From positions 15,066,001 through 15,130,000 of the forward strand of contig NC_092400.1 in assembly GCF_030028105.1 (NCBI RefSeq): DNA of 64,000 bases. Direction: 5' to 3'. Both the position numbers and the translations under genes were made by a program. The notes below the pieces were generated by a model, which searched no databases, was not told where the DNA came from, and saw only the letters and a program-made list of their open reading frames with translations. This document shows positions 37,933 through 50,679 of this stretch, in pieces. Position 1 is the first letter of the stretch. The number at the start of each line of letters is the position of its first letter. This DNA comes from Mobula birostris. Its lineage: Eukaryota.

Positions 37933-38046
37933 GTGGGACGGACATCATTTCGTGTTTCATGGGTCAGAACTTCACCATTCCAGTTTACAGAGGAGAGATA
38001 CAAGCAAGGAACCTGGGGATGGCTGTGGAAATCTGGAATGAAGACA
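37933..38046 (+). CDS. AACS: AACS coding exon (approx. exon 13): [37 protein letters not shown]
   Basis: Acceptor ttcctgcag, donor gtgagc at 38047; 114 nt; peptide is embedded in ORF 37842..38075. Confidence 0.97.
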
Positions 38047-39447
38047 GTGAGCACAATTTTTATGTCTCTTCCTAATTAGCTGCCATGTTTTAAACCCGTA
38101 ATCTGCTATTTTATCACGTTAATAAATATGGTCCTACACAACTGCCAGTGAGGACGATGAAAAGGTTGAACTTTCGGACAATGGATCAAATGACATAATA
38201 AACTATTCTGAGTCTGCTTCGTTGGAAGTATCAAAGGCAATTCATTTGCTGTTAAGTGCTTTAGGATGTCGAAAAAGATATGCAAGCCATCTTGTATCGG
38301 TAGACAATGTAAACGTACTTTTGACTTCAGTTGCTCAGGTAGGGTCACAGAGCATTACAACTCAGAAACAGGCCCTTTGACCCATCTCGTCTGTGCTGGC
38401 ATGTTTTTCTGATTAGTCCCATCCACCCACACTTGCAGTATAGCCCTACGTAAACGTCTTTCAAATGTTGCAGTTGAATCCGCATCCACCACTTCCTTGC
38501 CTTTCACACAGCTTTCGGTTCCTCTCTCTGGCCCTCAGAGCACCATCTCTCTGGCCCATCCGTGGCTGTGGAACAATCGCCCCCTTATCTCGCTTCTCGC
38601 TGAGGCTCTTTCTCCCGAGCCCACTGCACTTGATCTTCTTGCTTCCTTTTAAAATCTTTCCTAAAGCTCATCTTTAGGGCCAAGTTTCAGGATCACTTTG
38701 GGTTGAGCATCATCTTTCACCTTGATACTTGAACTATCAATGTACCACCTGTGCTATTTCTTACCTACATACCTTTATCTGTGCCTGCTTAAAATAACTT
38801 GCACAAAGACACGTCACGGTTTTGTCACACTGTCCCAGCACACCACCCCGCCCAACCTTTGAGATTCTACGCTGAATGGATTTCCATCCTTCTAGCTGCG
38901 CGTCATTTTAACGCCTCCAGTCCCTGTTCCAAGTGTTACCTTTCCACCTGGCATCAATCCTAGCAACTCTTCTTCCTCTGATCTGTCTTCTCCATCTGCT
39001 ACTTATCTGTCCACAAGCGTCCACTTATCTCCAGGTCAGTTTGTTGCTGTTCCATCCCCTTGAATGAGTAGGGAGAGCTGAGTCTGAGAGATCTCCTGCC
39101 AGGCCTGGATCATTGATTATATTGTTCCTGGTTAGTAACTGATTTGATGAACCTTAAAACTACTGTCACGTAACCTTCTACTGATAGTTTTGATATTAAG
39201 AACACTTTTACCTGTTGGGAAACTTCAGCCCCCATCAATTTTCGTTTCATCAATAAAAAATCAAATTAATTATAATCCATTGCAGCTTTTAATCAACAAG
39301 GTGTACATGACGGCCATAGTGCCAAAATCTAATTAATTATCTTTATAGAGAAGCTAATCTGCTTTAAGCGATCCATTGAGTAAGTTTCAACAAAACAGCA
39401 ATAAAAATGATGGGAAACATGACATTGGTTCTCTTTATCATCCATAG

Positions 39448-39573
39448 AGCAAGTTCTGTGGGGAGAAAGTGGAGAGCTGGTGTGCACCAAACCCATTCCC
39501 TGTCAACCTACACACTTCTGGAATGATGAAAGTGGCAGCAAGTATCACAAGGCATACTTTGCTAAATTTCCAG
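39448..39573 (+). CDS. AACS: AACS coding exon (approx. exon 14): [41 protein letters not shown]
   Basis: Acceptor catag, donor gtatga at 39574; 126 nt; overlaps ORF 39480..39686. Confidence 0.97.
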
Positions 39574-39986
39574 GTATGAGCAGACCCCTAACGCCTTTTA
39601 TTACAGTGACCCTGCTTCCCTTTGTGAGCAATGGAGAGTGTTCAGAGGCACTGCGATGTAAATCCGGAGGTTCATTTGGCTCCTAGGCCTAGAGTACTTT
39701 AATATGATGCCTTAACATCAATGAGGCTTTATAATGTTATTATTCTAAAGCAGTCTCTTGGGTTTGTGAATAATTTGCTTCCTATGAGCTGTGATGTGAT
39801 TCATGTGAGTTCTTCACATGGATGTTGAAGGGGGTTGGGGGGCATATATTTGAGTTGCTTGGATTATTGCATTATGATTCCTCTACATTAGGCCATTCTG
39901 TACTCCTTGGGGGAAAAAAAACCTCCCAAGTTTCAGGTTCTTTAGACACGGATTCACCTGAGTTGCTCAGGATGTTTCAAAAAGGT

Positions 39987-40615
39987 AAACACAGAAACAT
40001 AGAAAATAGGTGCAGGAGTAGGCCTTTTGGCCCTTCAAGCCTGCCCTGCCATTCATTACGATCATGGCTGATCATCCAACTCAGAAGCCTGTACCTGCCT
40101 TCTCTCCATACCCCCAATCCCTTTAGCCACAACGGCCTTATCTAACTCCCTCTTAAATATAGCCAATGAACTGGCCTCAACTGTTTCCTGTGGCAGAGAA
40201 TTCCACAGATTCACCACTCTCTGTGTGAAGAAGTTTTTCCTCATCTCGGTCCTAACAGGCTTCCCCTTTATCCTCAAACTATCACCCCTCTAGACTTCGT
40301 GTCATCCGTAAACTTGGAGATGCTGCATTTAATTCTCTCGTCTAAGTCATTAATATATATTGTAAACAACTGGGGTCCCAGCACTGAGCCTTGCGGTATC
40401 CCACTCATCACTGCCTGCCATTCTGAAGAAGTCCCGTTTATTCCCACTCTTTGCTTCCTGTCTGCCAACCAATTCTCTATCCACATCAATACTATACCCC
40501 TAATACCGTGTGCTTTAAGTTTGCACATTAATCTCCTGTGTGGGACCTTGTCAAAAGCCTTTTGAAAATCCAAATATACCACATCCACTGGTTCTCCCCT
40601 ATCCACTCTACTAGT
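39987..40615 (-). mobile_element. CR1 LINE with an internal deletion joining the RT core to the 3' end
   Basis: ORF 40274..40606 (LDFQKAFDKVPH..PQGSVLGP..KFTDDTK) abuts ORF 40062..40277 (RIKGKP..FFTQRVVNLWNSLP). Confidence 0.9.
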
Positions 40616-40974
40616 AAAGGAAGCAAATTAGTGGAATAATTGTGAATGGAACAGATAGAATCTAATCTATATTGGCTGTCAGCGCCTTCTCTGCCTCTTT
40701 ATTAAGGAGGGAGGGAGAGAGACGGTGGCACGTCGAATTGTTGGAGTGAACAGTTGGCTTTTGAAGTAAGGGGAGGGGGAGGGTTGATAATTTGCTGCTG
40801 CCTGTGCATGGTGGGGGGGAGGTAGAGAAGGGGGCTTTGGGATTCTAACATTTTCTGCCACTTATTCCTTGGGTGTACTCTTCTGTTTTCGGGGATGTCG
40901 GTGAAGAGTAAGAATTTCAGGTTGTGTACTGTCCATTTTCTGATATTAAATGGAACCTTTTGAACCATTTAATC

Positions 40975-41715
40975 TTACATCTTTCAGAAATACAGTACAA
41001 TAGAATTTTATGAAAAGCTATACATAAACTGATAAAAGTCTGACAAAAAACCAATGTACAAAAGGGGACAAACTTGCAAATAAAAATAATACTGATAACA
41101 TGAGTTGTAAGGAGTCCTTGAAAGTGAGTCTGTAGGTTGTAGAATCAGTTTACAGTAGTGGTGATTGAGTTATCCATATCAGATCAGAAGCTTGATGGCT
41201 GTAGGGTTCTTGAAGTTGGTAGTGTGGGCTTCTGTACCTCCTCCCTGATGGTAGTAGTGAGAAGAGGGCATGGCCTGGTCGGGGTCTTTGGTAATGGATA
41301 CTGGTTTTGTGTGGCAGTCTGTGCTAGTGACGTAATGGTATCCACACCAGTACTTCAGAACAAGAGGTCCCAGGTTCGAATCTGGCCGGCTTCTTGCAAT
41401 CTTTCCATCCATGCTGGCGCCTTGACCTCGTAAAACAACTGCTAAAGGAATGGCAATGTGGCCGCTGATGCGCCAATGAACGTGTAAGGAGGAAGTTTTT
41501 TTGCGGCAGCGCTCCGTGTAAATATACTTAGTGGTAGGCAGGACTTTGCCTGTGCATCCACAACTTTCTGAGCGTTTTTTGTTCCTGGGCATTGGTATTT
41601 CCATACCAGGCCGTGTTGCACCCAGCTAGCATGCTCTCCACTGTGCTTTGTCAACGTTTTGGTGAAATGCCGACCTACGCAATCTTCTGAGAAAGTGGAG
41701 GTGCTGTGATTGATT
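40975..41715 (-). mobile_element. Rex-type 3' fragment with a nested + strand tRNA-SINE (about 41320..41494)
   Basis: Rex-like C-terminal remnants in ORF 41179..41604; SINE B box ggttcgaatc; near-repeat ttttgtgtggcag / ttttttgcggcag flanks the SINE. Confidence 0.7.
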
Positions 41716-43823
41716 GGGCTGTATCCACTTCCAGTAGCTTTTTCTGGACCCTTTGAACGCTGAAAGTATGTCCAGAACCAGATGCCTGGAAATATTTACT
41801 GCTGATTAATTGATCTGAAATTCTGGTTTATCATAATTTGGCTATCTTAATTTCATTTCCATCCTGTACCTTAAGCAAAAGGTGATTTAATATAATTGAT
41901 AATGTTTGTTTAAGATTAAATTATTTTATTATTCATGCCAGCCACTTTAACTGTTATTCACCATCAATTCGTCAATATTCTTTTGCGATTGTTCCTTGAG
42001 AAGCTAAATTTCTGAAGAGATTTGTGTTGATCACCTCATGCTAGCTTTTCTTGTAGCTGATCCCAGAATCATCTGTTCTGTCAAAGCTTAGTTTTGTTTG
42101 CATGTCGTTCCACCAAAACTGTTTTGTCACATGTTTGGGCAATTCCCAGTCTAGCCAATTGCCACAATTATTGATGACTGCAGTCTCCCTGATGAGTTGC
42201 TAATCTTTGCCCCTGATAATACTTTATTTGCTAAACGAGTGCAATCTTCTTTGGTCAGATTCTACAAGACTGATACAGCCACTTAATACCATGCCTGTAA
42301 TAGTGCAATCAATTAGAAGGGCTATTAGAATTACAAGTGCTTAGGATTTATTGAACGTGTCCAATGACGCTCTGGTTAAAATATGAATTCAGTCCCACTG
42401 CTAATTATAAAGAATATCAAATTCCAGTGGAATAATTATAAATGTAACATGCTCCCACTCCAAATTGTTTTATAATAAATACAATACTGTGTGCAAAAGT
42501 CTTAGGCACCTTAGTTTTTTTTTATATATAAATATTGTTTTAGATTTTTTTTTTTGTCTCCTGCATTGGTGTGTGAGTAGAAAAGAGCAAGACTTAGATT
42601 TCCAAACATTCATTTTCCAAAAAAAAATGTTAGAGATTTTTTTGTATTTTGTTAGAGGAAGTAACATATTAAGTAATAGATCACTTTTCAAATAAAAACC
42701 TCATTACTTTGTAGGTATATAGCCAAGTGCATGATTAAACAAAGGTAACAAACAGGTCCCAGTGATCAATGACATAATGAGTTGAATTAACTAAACTGAT
42801 TAATGGAGACAGAAATGGGTGTAGAAGGAAACAAACTGGGCAAAGGGCAATCAAACCTAGAGGTGAGGGAGTGGCTGATGTAACAGTTTAACCTTCTAAT
42901 CATCAATTCTTACACCAAGACAAGAGTGAGCATAGTAACAAAGACACATGGTGGTCATCCTCCATCAGCAAGGTCTCTCCCAAGCAGAAACTTGGCAGCA
43001 AACAAAAGCTTCAAGATGTCCATGCTCTTCTGAAGAAGCACAAAGAAGTGGGCAAGATTGAGGACTAGAAATGCAATGGTTGGCCAGGGAAACTGAGTGC
43101 ACCAGATGAGAGATGCATCAAACTGATGTACCTTCTAAATTGGAAAAAGTCCAGCACTGCTTATCAGCTCTGATTCACAGAAACCACTGGGACCCAAGTA
43201 CAGCCCTCAGCAGTCTGGAGAAGTCTTGTCAGAAGTGGTCTTCATGGAAGAATTGCTGCCAAAAAACTATTCCCCCCAAAGTGGAAACAAAGCCAAGAGA
43301 CTCATCTATGCCCAAAAACACAAGGACTGGGGTGCTGAACAATGGCAGCAAGTGCTCTGGGCTGAAGATTCAACATTTGCAATTTATGGCTCAAACATTT
43401 TGTCTTTAGAAGAGCTGGAGAGTGCTACAAGGATGAGTGTCTGCAGCCAACAGTGAAGTATGGTGGAGGTTCCCTGCAGTTTTGGGGCTGCCTTTCTGCA
43501 AATGGAGTTTGTGATCTGGTCAGAATTAATGGAATCCTCAATGCCGAGAAGTTCAAGCTGGTTTTCATCCATCATGCAATACCGTCAGGGAGGCGTCTGA
43601 TTGGTCCCAGCTTCAATCTGCAGCAGGGCAGAAACCTCAAACACCCGGCCAAGGTCATAAAGGAAGCGGAAGGAAGAACAAGTAGTTTTGCAACAGATGG
43701 TATGGCCTCTACAGAGCCCTGATCTCAACATCATTAAGGCTGTCTGAGATTTTCAGAAGAGACATAAGCAGGAGAGACCGAAGCAAGTGAGACAGCCAAA
43801 ATCTGCAGAAGAACTGTGGCAAG

Positions 43824-45433
43824 CAATAGTCCCTCTAAGGTGCGTGCACGCACACATCTTTTGCTACCTGTGCACAAAGGAATTTAAACAGCGCACAAAC
43901 AGTTGTCACCCTCTACCTCGTTGGCATGTTAAGTATATTTCACGATCATACGCAATCATATTTCCTTTCCGGATTTTGAACGGTGTTGACAAAGTGGAGT
44001 TTTTGATGATTTGTCTCCAGATTTTCGAACTGGCTGTTTTTATTGAAGAAATTATTGATTCACTATGTCGAATTCCAAAGAAGCAAAGGGTATGAAGCAC
44101 AAAAGAACTGATAGTTCATTTAAAGCGGAATGGCTTAATGAAACAGTAGAAACTGCTACACTGAAACCTCATGAGGTCAGGAACGTGCAGCGACGAGAAA
44201 TATTTATGTTCAGTACAGAAACTGGTGTTACCTGTGTGTATTGTTGTGATGCAAAAGTTGCTGGAGAATTTGCAAGAGGGAAGAAATGAAGTGATTTGGA
44301 GACTTGACTTTTTTTAAAGTGTAATTTAACAAGCAAATCGTGTATGGGTGGAGTGCAAAAGCTCTGGCGAGAAAATCCTTCATTACTTGTGTAATGCCAT
44401 GGTCAATATTTCCACTGCAATGTTGTGAGGTGTTTTCTTTTGGCATTTTTCTGTAAAAGCAGTGTATCCTGCTGGTAGAGTGTTTTGGTTTTGGCTAGAG
44501 GTTAAGGAGCCATGCTGAACTTAGGAATGTTGTGTTAGCCAATCAGGATGGTGGGATGGACAGAAGGTTCTAAGGAGAGCTGGGTGGAGAGAGACTGGCA
44601 GTAGTCGGGTTTGTGGTCTTTTGGTGGGAGATGTGGAGAGGAGAAGATCAGGGAAGACGCCTGGAGGATCCAATCCGAAGGGAAGGCCTTCATGCAAGGA
44701 GTGCTTCACGAGACGATGGAGTTCAAGAAGGGAAGTTCTACTTGTGATGAGTGATGGGAATTCCATGCCCAGGAATGAAGCAGTGCACTCAAACACTACT
44801 GAAATGAGCTCCAACGTATATGTGCACATTTAGACTGGTTTAACTGTATTATTAATTTTTTAAATTTTATTTTAATTTTATTAATTTTTTCTTTTTTTTT
44901 CCTATTAACAATTTCAACTTTTTATCAAACAGTTAAATATACTTCCTTTATAATTTTATCTGGTGTATGATCTGTTACTTCTTGCTGATCAATAATTGTG
45001 TATGTGCAGTATTTACATAGCATTTGCTCAAATTGAGGTTCCTTTAATCGGTAATCCCTAAGTTCCTGTTTGGTTGAACTCCGAATCATACTGACCCTGG
45101 ACGTGTGTTGTTTATGAAAGGTGGCCTCCTCACCTCTGAATCACCTGGCTGTTAGCAGAGTTAACTGACAAAGCAAGTTTGTAGACGAGCCCCAGTGAGA
45201 GGGTTGCACCCGTTACAGGCCGGCTACATATGTTTTGTGAGAGTGCAGGTGAACAAGAGCGAAAACGATCAAACCCAGAGAAGATCAAAGTACTTGTTGA
45301 CAGTGTTTGGCTAGCTGTTAAAATGAATACCTCTACATATAAAATTCAGTGCGTGCATGTTGTTGCCGGGCGGAAAGTTGCACAGCCTGAGGTTTTTGCA
45401 TACACTGGGCATTACAAATTAGAGGGAACATTG
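43824..45433 (+). mobile_element. hAT-superfamily element, internally deleted, retaining a transposase N-terminal zinc-finger region
   Basis: Perfect 8-bp TSD gtggcaag (43816-23, 45434-41); TIRs caatagtccctctaa / ttagagggaacattg (13/15); ORF 44065 has FKAEWL..CVYC. Confidence 0.9.
44390..45208. mobile_element. Solo LTR inserted in the hAT element
   Basis: TGTAAT...GTTGCA ends; imperfect 4-bp TSD cttg / cccg; excision rejoins the hAT reading frame. Confidence 0.8.
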
Positions 45434-46039
45434 GTGGCAAGTTCTCCAAGATGTTTGGAGCAATCTACCGGCCGACTTTATTATAAAACTACACGACAGT
45501 GTACGTAAGAGAATTGATGCAATTAAAGGCAAAGGGAGGGTAGTCACACCAACTATTGATTTAATTTATGTTTTTTTTTAAACCATTTACTGCTCTTTAT
45601 AATAACTTTTTGATATTTAGAACCTTTTCATTTCTTTATTTTTGAAAGCATCTTTGCTTTACAGAAATTTTTACATGTGCCTGAGACTTTTGCATACTAC
45701 TGTATGTGTGCATTATATGTATCTAAAATAGATATAATGGATAAGAATGCATGCCTTGTGCCACTTCTGCATTGCAGTATTTTAATGTAATTAACAGAGA
45801 GTAGTGGTGCTTATGAAATGTTGGTTGTTCTTTCTAAACAAAAGTCTCAATTACTCTAGACCTCTCCAGTTTTATTAATAGTAAATTAAGTCAGCTACAG
45901 CCTCAGCCAGTGAACAGATTATCCATTGACTGTGAACGAAATTTGTTGTGTACTTAATCCACACAAGTATAATAAGGACACTATTTTCATTTGAAAAATC
46001 ATCCCAAGTGCATGGTAGAAATCAACATTAGAATTCTTA

Positions 46040-46575
46040 GACCTGGGACTCAACACCTTTCTTTGCAGATTCCTGATCAACAGACCACAATCAGTAAGGA
46101 TAGGCAACAACACCTTCACCACGATTATCCTCAGCACTGACGTGTCGTCAAGCTGCATCCCATGTCCGTGTCCACAGGAATCCACAGATGGTGGTGGGAT
46201 AAAGCTCAGTGCATTATTGATGCCAGGTTGTACTCCATAGACCCTGTACATTTTCCACATCCTCTGTAAAGCAGGCGGAATAATCAAAGAACCCATCAAC
46301 CCCGAACCTTTTCTCTGATCCCCTCCCCTTTCCACTGGGAAACCTGATTCTACCAGGCTCAAGGGCATCTTTTCTCCTGCTGTTATCAGATTATTGAATG
46401 GTTCAAATCTACCTCATTGCGACTTTGCACCTTATTGTCTACCTGCACTGCACTTTCTCGGTAACTGTAACATTTTATTTTGCATTCTGATATTGCTCTA
46501 CCATGTACTACCTGAAAGCACTATTGCAATGAATTGATGGGTATGAACAGTGTTCAAAACAAGTTTTTCACCAAC
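46040..46575 (+). mobile_element. Rex1/Babar-type LINE remnant with internal deletions
   Basis: cagaccacaatcagtaaggataggcaacaacacc (RPQSVRIG) followed by a Rex-type 3' end. Confidence 0.65.
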
Positions 46576-47757
46576 TTAACAGTTTAACACTTTTACTAAT
46601 AAACATTTTTATTTCCTCGAAATTCTTCAGTGCATGCTGAAAACCTTTTGCTTCATGTGCCCCACCATTGTGGGACCCATGAATGTCTGGATAACATCAG
46701 TGAAGGTGTTTCCATTGAGAGGAGTCCTTGTGATTTTCTGCAAGGATGTGGTGGCAGTGGCAGACTAACAATTAGTGGAGCAAGAATTAAGGATCGGAGT
46801 GTGATGGGAGAATTTGGAGGTCTTCAGGAAAAGTTTTCACGAAGGAAAACTTTCAGAGAAAGTGCCTGAGATGGGTTTCCAGTACTGAACTGTACGGCTG
46901 CAGTGGATTGGTACCTGTGTGTGCTGAGAAGGTGTGTTTCTGTGCAAAGTTGTCCCGTGAGATATGTGTACAATTGGAAATCTCAGAAGTGGTGTCCTGA
47001 GCAGCTTTGTATACTACTTGCATGTGATCCCTGTAATCACAGGGATCCCTGGACCCCTTGCTTAATGGTATTGGTCCTTGGCATAAAAATAGTTTGGGAA
47101 CCCCTGCTGTAGTGCATAGAGTTTTCTATTCCCTTGCTGACTCTTGATGTTGAAATTGTGTCATGTAGTGCATAAATATTGTATAATACAATAGAATTTC
47201 TAAATCCTAACGTTGTCAGCAGTTCACTGATTCTAGTGGAATATGCAAAACAACAGGCTCTGTGAAGAATTGGGTATTACTAACAGCAACTTAGTTTCCA
47301 CATTTCGTGTTGCCTTTGCACACTTCAGAAGCTGCTGTCTGATTTCCTCCCTTTATTGCAGTCGCATTATGATTTGCAACTTCCGGGCATATGAACAAAG
47401 CTTGAGAATGGCTTATTCTGGTATTTTCATCCTTTGCAGCAAAGTCTATTTCCACTAAATGAGGTTTAGCAGGCTTAACATGAAACCAGACTACACAGAA
47501 TAAATCGTAAACACTTCTGTCAAATATAGTCTTAAATCGCACATACATATCTTACTGGTGATATAATCCAATATTATTTAGAGATGGATGTTCAAAATTA
47601 AATATTGATGACTATTTTAAAATGCAGCCAGATGTAGACTGATTTTTTTTTTCTTTGATAGGTTTGTTGAGAGAAAATTGTGAACCATATAACTTAGAGC
47701 AAAATATATTCTTTTGAAATCGGAAATGGGGATAATGTTGTGAAATAATTAAATTTC

Positions 47758-49950
47758 ATAGAATAGAACAGCACAGCACAAAGCAGACGTTTTGGCTCAT
47801 TCTGCACTGGCCATGGTACCAATCTAAATCAACCCCATCTGCCCGCATCTGATCACTTTCTCTCTACTCCCTGCTTGTTCATGTGTCTGCTTAATTGTCT
47901 GCTGTTGTATTTGGCTTTTCTACCCCTTATAAAAAAAGGATCTGATTATCTTTATATACTTATATCAGTTCACACTTCAGTGTTCAATGCGCCAGAGAAG
48001 ACAATCCAAACTCTGTTTATAGCTGATACTCTCCAATCCAGGCGACAACCTGGTTCGTCTCTTCTGCATCCTCTCCAAAGTCTCCACATCGTTCCTGTGG
48101 TGTTGCGACCAGAAGTACACACAATACTCCATACATGGCCTTACGTCCAAACTTCTATACTCTGTATCCTAACTGATGAAGGAAAGCTACCCACTTGTAT
48201 TGCCACTTTCTGGAAGCTATGGGACTTGTACTCCAAGATCACTCTGTGTGGAAATACTCTTAAAGAGCTCTGTTTACTGTCCTATCACATTTGATCAACA
48301 CTTCACCCTTGTCTGGATGAAACTCCATTTGACATTTCTCTACCCAAATTTTCAACTGATCTCTTTGTAGTTGTATCCTTTGACAATCTTCCTCACTGTA
48401 AATAACTTCTATCAATTTTTGTGTCAGATACAAACTTATTAAGTAGACTATCTATATTGTAACCCAAATCACCTGTACATGTATATTGAAATAACAGAGG
48501 TCCCAGCACTGATTCTTGAAGAACACCACTGACCACAGACCTCCAGGCAGGAAAACTACTCCTCCACTACTACCCTCTGTCTTCGGTGACCAAGTCGCTT
48601 TTGTGTCCAAATCCTAACTCATTGTGGATCTTCAGGACCTGCTGATCATGAGGGACCTTATCAAATGCTTCACTGAAGTCCATGTAAACAATATTGTCTG
48701 CCTTCCTGTCATCAATCCTCCTCATCACCCGTACAGAAAAAAAAATTGTGAGTTAGGACCTTCCCCGGACGGAGCCATGCTGATCATCCTCAATGAGTTC
48801 GTAAACAAGTAAATCCTATCACTAATCATCTTCTCAATTGGTTTCCCTACTACTGATGTAAGGCTCACTAGCCTATAATTTCCTGGATTATCTCTGTTGC
48901 TACAGTAGCGTAATGGTTAGCGTGAAGCTTTACAGTACCAGTTGACATGGGTTCAATTCCCACCATCTGTAAGAAGTTTGTACATTCTTCCTGAGACTCT
49001 GTGGGTTTCCTCCAGATGCTCTGGTTTCCTCCCAGTGTCCCCAAGATGTGTTGTTTGGTGGATTAATTGGTTATTGTAAATTGTCCCTTGAATAGGCTAG
49101 CGATTAAATCGCGGGTTGTTGGGTGGTGTGGCTCCAGCAACCAGAAGGGCCGATTCCATGCTGTATCTCAATAAATAATTTTTTTTTTAAAAAAAAAGAA
49201 CAACATTGGCTTATCTCCAGTCTTCTGCCACTTCACTTGCGATGAAAGAGGATACAAAATTCTCTGTGAATACCCCAGCAATCTCTCCACGTGCCTCCCT
49301 CGGAATGCTGGGATAGATTCCAGCAGGTCCTGGAGCCATATTGAATTTAATACTTTTCAAAACACCCAATACTTCCATAACATTGGCTTGCTCTAGACTG
49401 TCAACGTATCCACCCTAATCTCATTGTGATCCGCGACCCTCTCACGCTGAATATCGATGTGAAGAACTCATTTGAGAACTTCCCCACTTCTTGTGACTCC
49501 ACACTTAAGTTCCTTCCTTTGTCTTTGCCTTTTCCCCAGCTACTCTCTTGCTTCTAATATAGATATAAAATGCCATGGTATTCTCCTTAATCCTTATTAC
49601 CAAGGATGTTAATGGTCCCTTTCAGCTCTCCAAATTCCATACTTAAGTTCTTTCCTGCTTCCTTAATATTCCTCAAGGACCTTATTGGATTCAGCTTCAC
49701 AGCTGCTTCCTCTTTCTCTTTGATTAAACCTACCATGTCTCTTGTCATCCAAAGGTTTCTGAACCGCACCACCATTATCTTTCATTCTCACAGGAACAAG
49801 CTGATGTTAAGATCTAACCAGCTGGCGTTTAAAAGACTTCCACATGCCATATGTAGATTTGCAGCTGCTCCTCATCTTCTTTTCTCAGTTCTTTTCTAAA
49901 ACTGTTATGATTAGCCCTCCCTAAATTTTAGCACTTTCACCCAAGGGCCT
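47758..49950 (-). mobile_element. Old CR1 LINE remnant with a nested SINE at about 48899..49200
   Basis: Minus-strand eroded PQGSVLGP and MDFS.AFDKVP motifs; CR1 tail near 47760; SINE has A/B boxes (taatggttagc, gggttcaattcc). Confidence 0.7.
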
Positions 49951-50449
49951 GACTTCTCACTCTGCTGCCTGTGAGGAGTTTGTACATTTCTCCTCTTGAC
50001 CACGTGGATCTCTTTCAGGTGCTCTGGTTTTCTTCCACAGTCCAAGGGTGTATCAGTAGGTTAATTTGTCCCGGAATTAGGCTATGATTAAATCAGGCGA
50101 TGGCTGGGTGGCGTGGTCAAAGAGACGGTTCAGCCTTTTCCTCTTGTACCTCAATAAATAAATAATCCTTATCTATATCTATCCTAAAGCTTACAGAAAT
50201 ATTTTCATTGTTCCCAAAATGCTCCCCCTTTGAATCTATGATCACCTGACCAGACTTGCTCCCTGGTTTCATTAACTGCTTCCTTTGTTGCTTGAAGAAA
50301 CCTTTCTGAATGAGCAAAACAAATTCTGCTCCATCTTAGTCCCAGGCATTAAGGGAGCTACAGTTAACATTACCCAATAGCATCAGGATTTTATGAGAGG
50401 TGCTTCAACTGTCTTGGCTATCTTAACTGTTGTTAATGTTCAAATTTAG

Positions 50450-50519
50450 GTGTATGGGCACACGGAGACTACGCTAAAATAAACCCCAAAACTGGAGGGA
50501 TCGTAATGCTTGGCAGAAG
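50450..50519 (+). CDS. AACS: AACS coding exon (approx. exon 15): VWAHGDYAKINPKTGGIVMLGR
   Basis: Acceptor tttag, donor gtaggt at 50520; 70 nt; HGD (adenylation A7-type) motif and the start of GRSD. Confidence 0.96.
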
Positions 50520-50679
50520 GTAGGTTTGAACAATCAAAACAGCTGTTTGGATTTTTGTCTTCTTGGATATTATTTTAACAGAAGTCCTCTCATTTGGAGA
50601 AAAGATATAAAGATATGTCAATGTCTGCAAAAAATTTTGCAAAAGGTATTTGAGACAAAGCAGTGGCAGTGTAACTAGC

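Larger units (their letters stand above)
42482..45702 (+). mobile_element. Tc1 DNA transposon, full length, with a pseudogenised transposase interrupted by a hAT element
   Basis: TA-flanked TIRs ..tgtgcaaaagtcttaggcac / gtgcctgagacttttgca..ctg. Transposase remnants GWPGKLS (GRPRK), VLWAEDSTF (WSDESKF), VKYGGGSLQFWGC, QQGRNLKH (QQDNDPKH) and WPLQSPDLN; C-terminus resumes at 45442. Confidence 0.93.

Noticed and set aside
39446-39449. Alternative acceptor at the second AG of tagag
   Set aside because: It would shift the frame by 2 nt; only the first AG preserves the AACS peptide.
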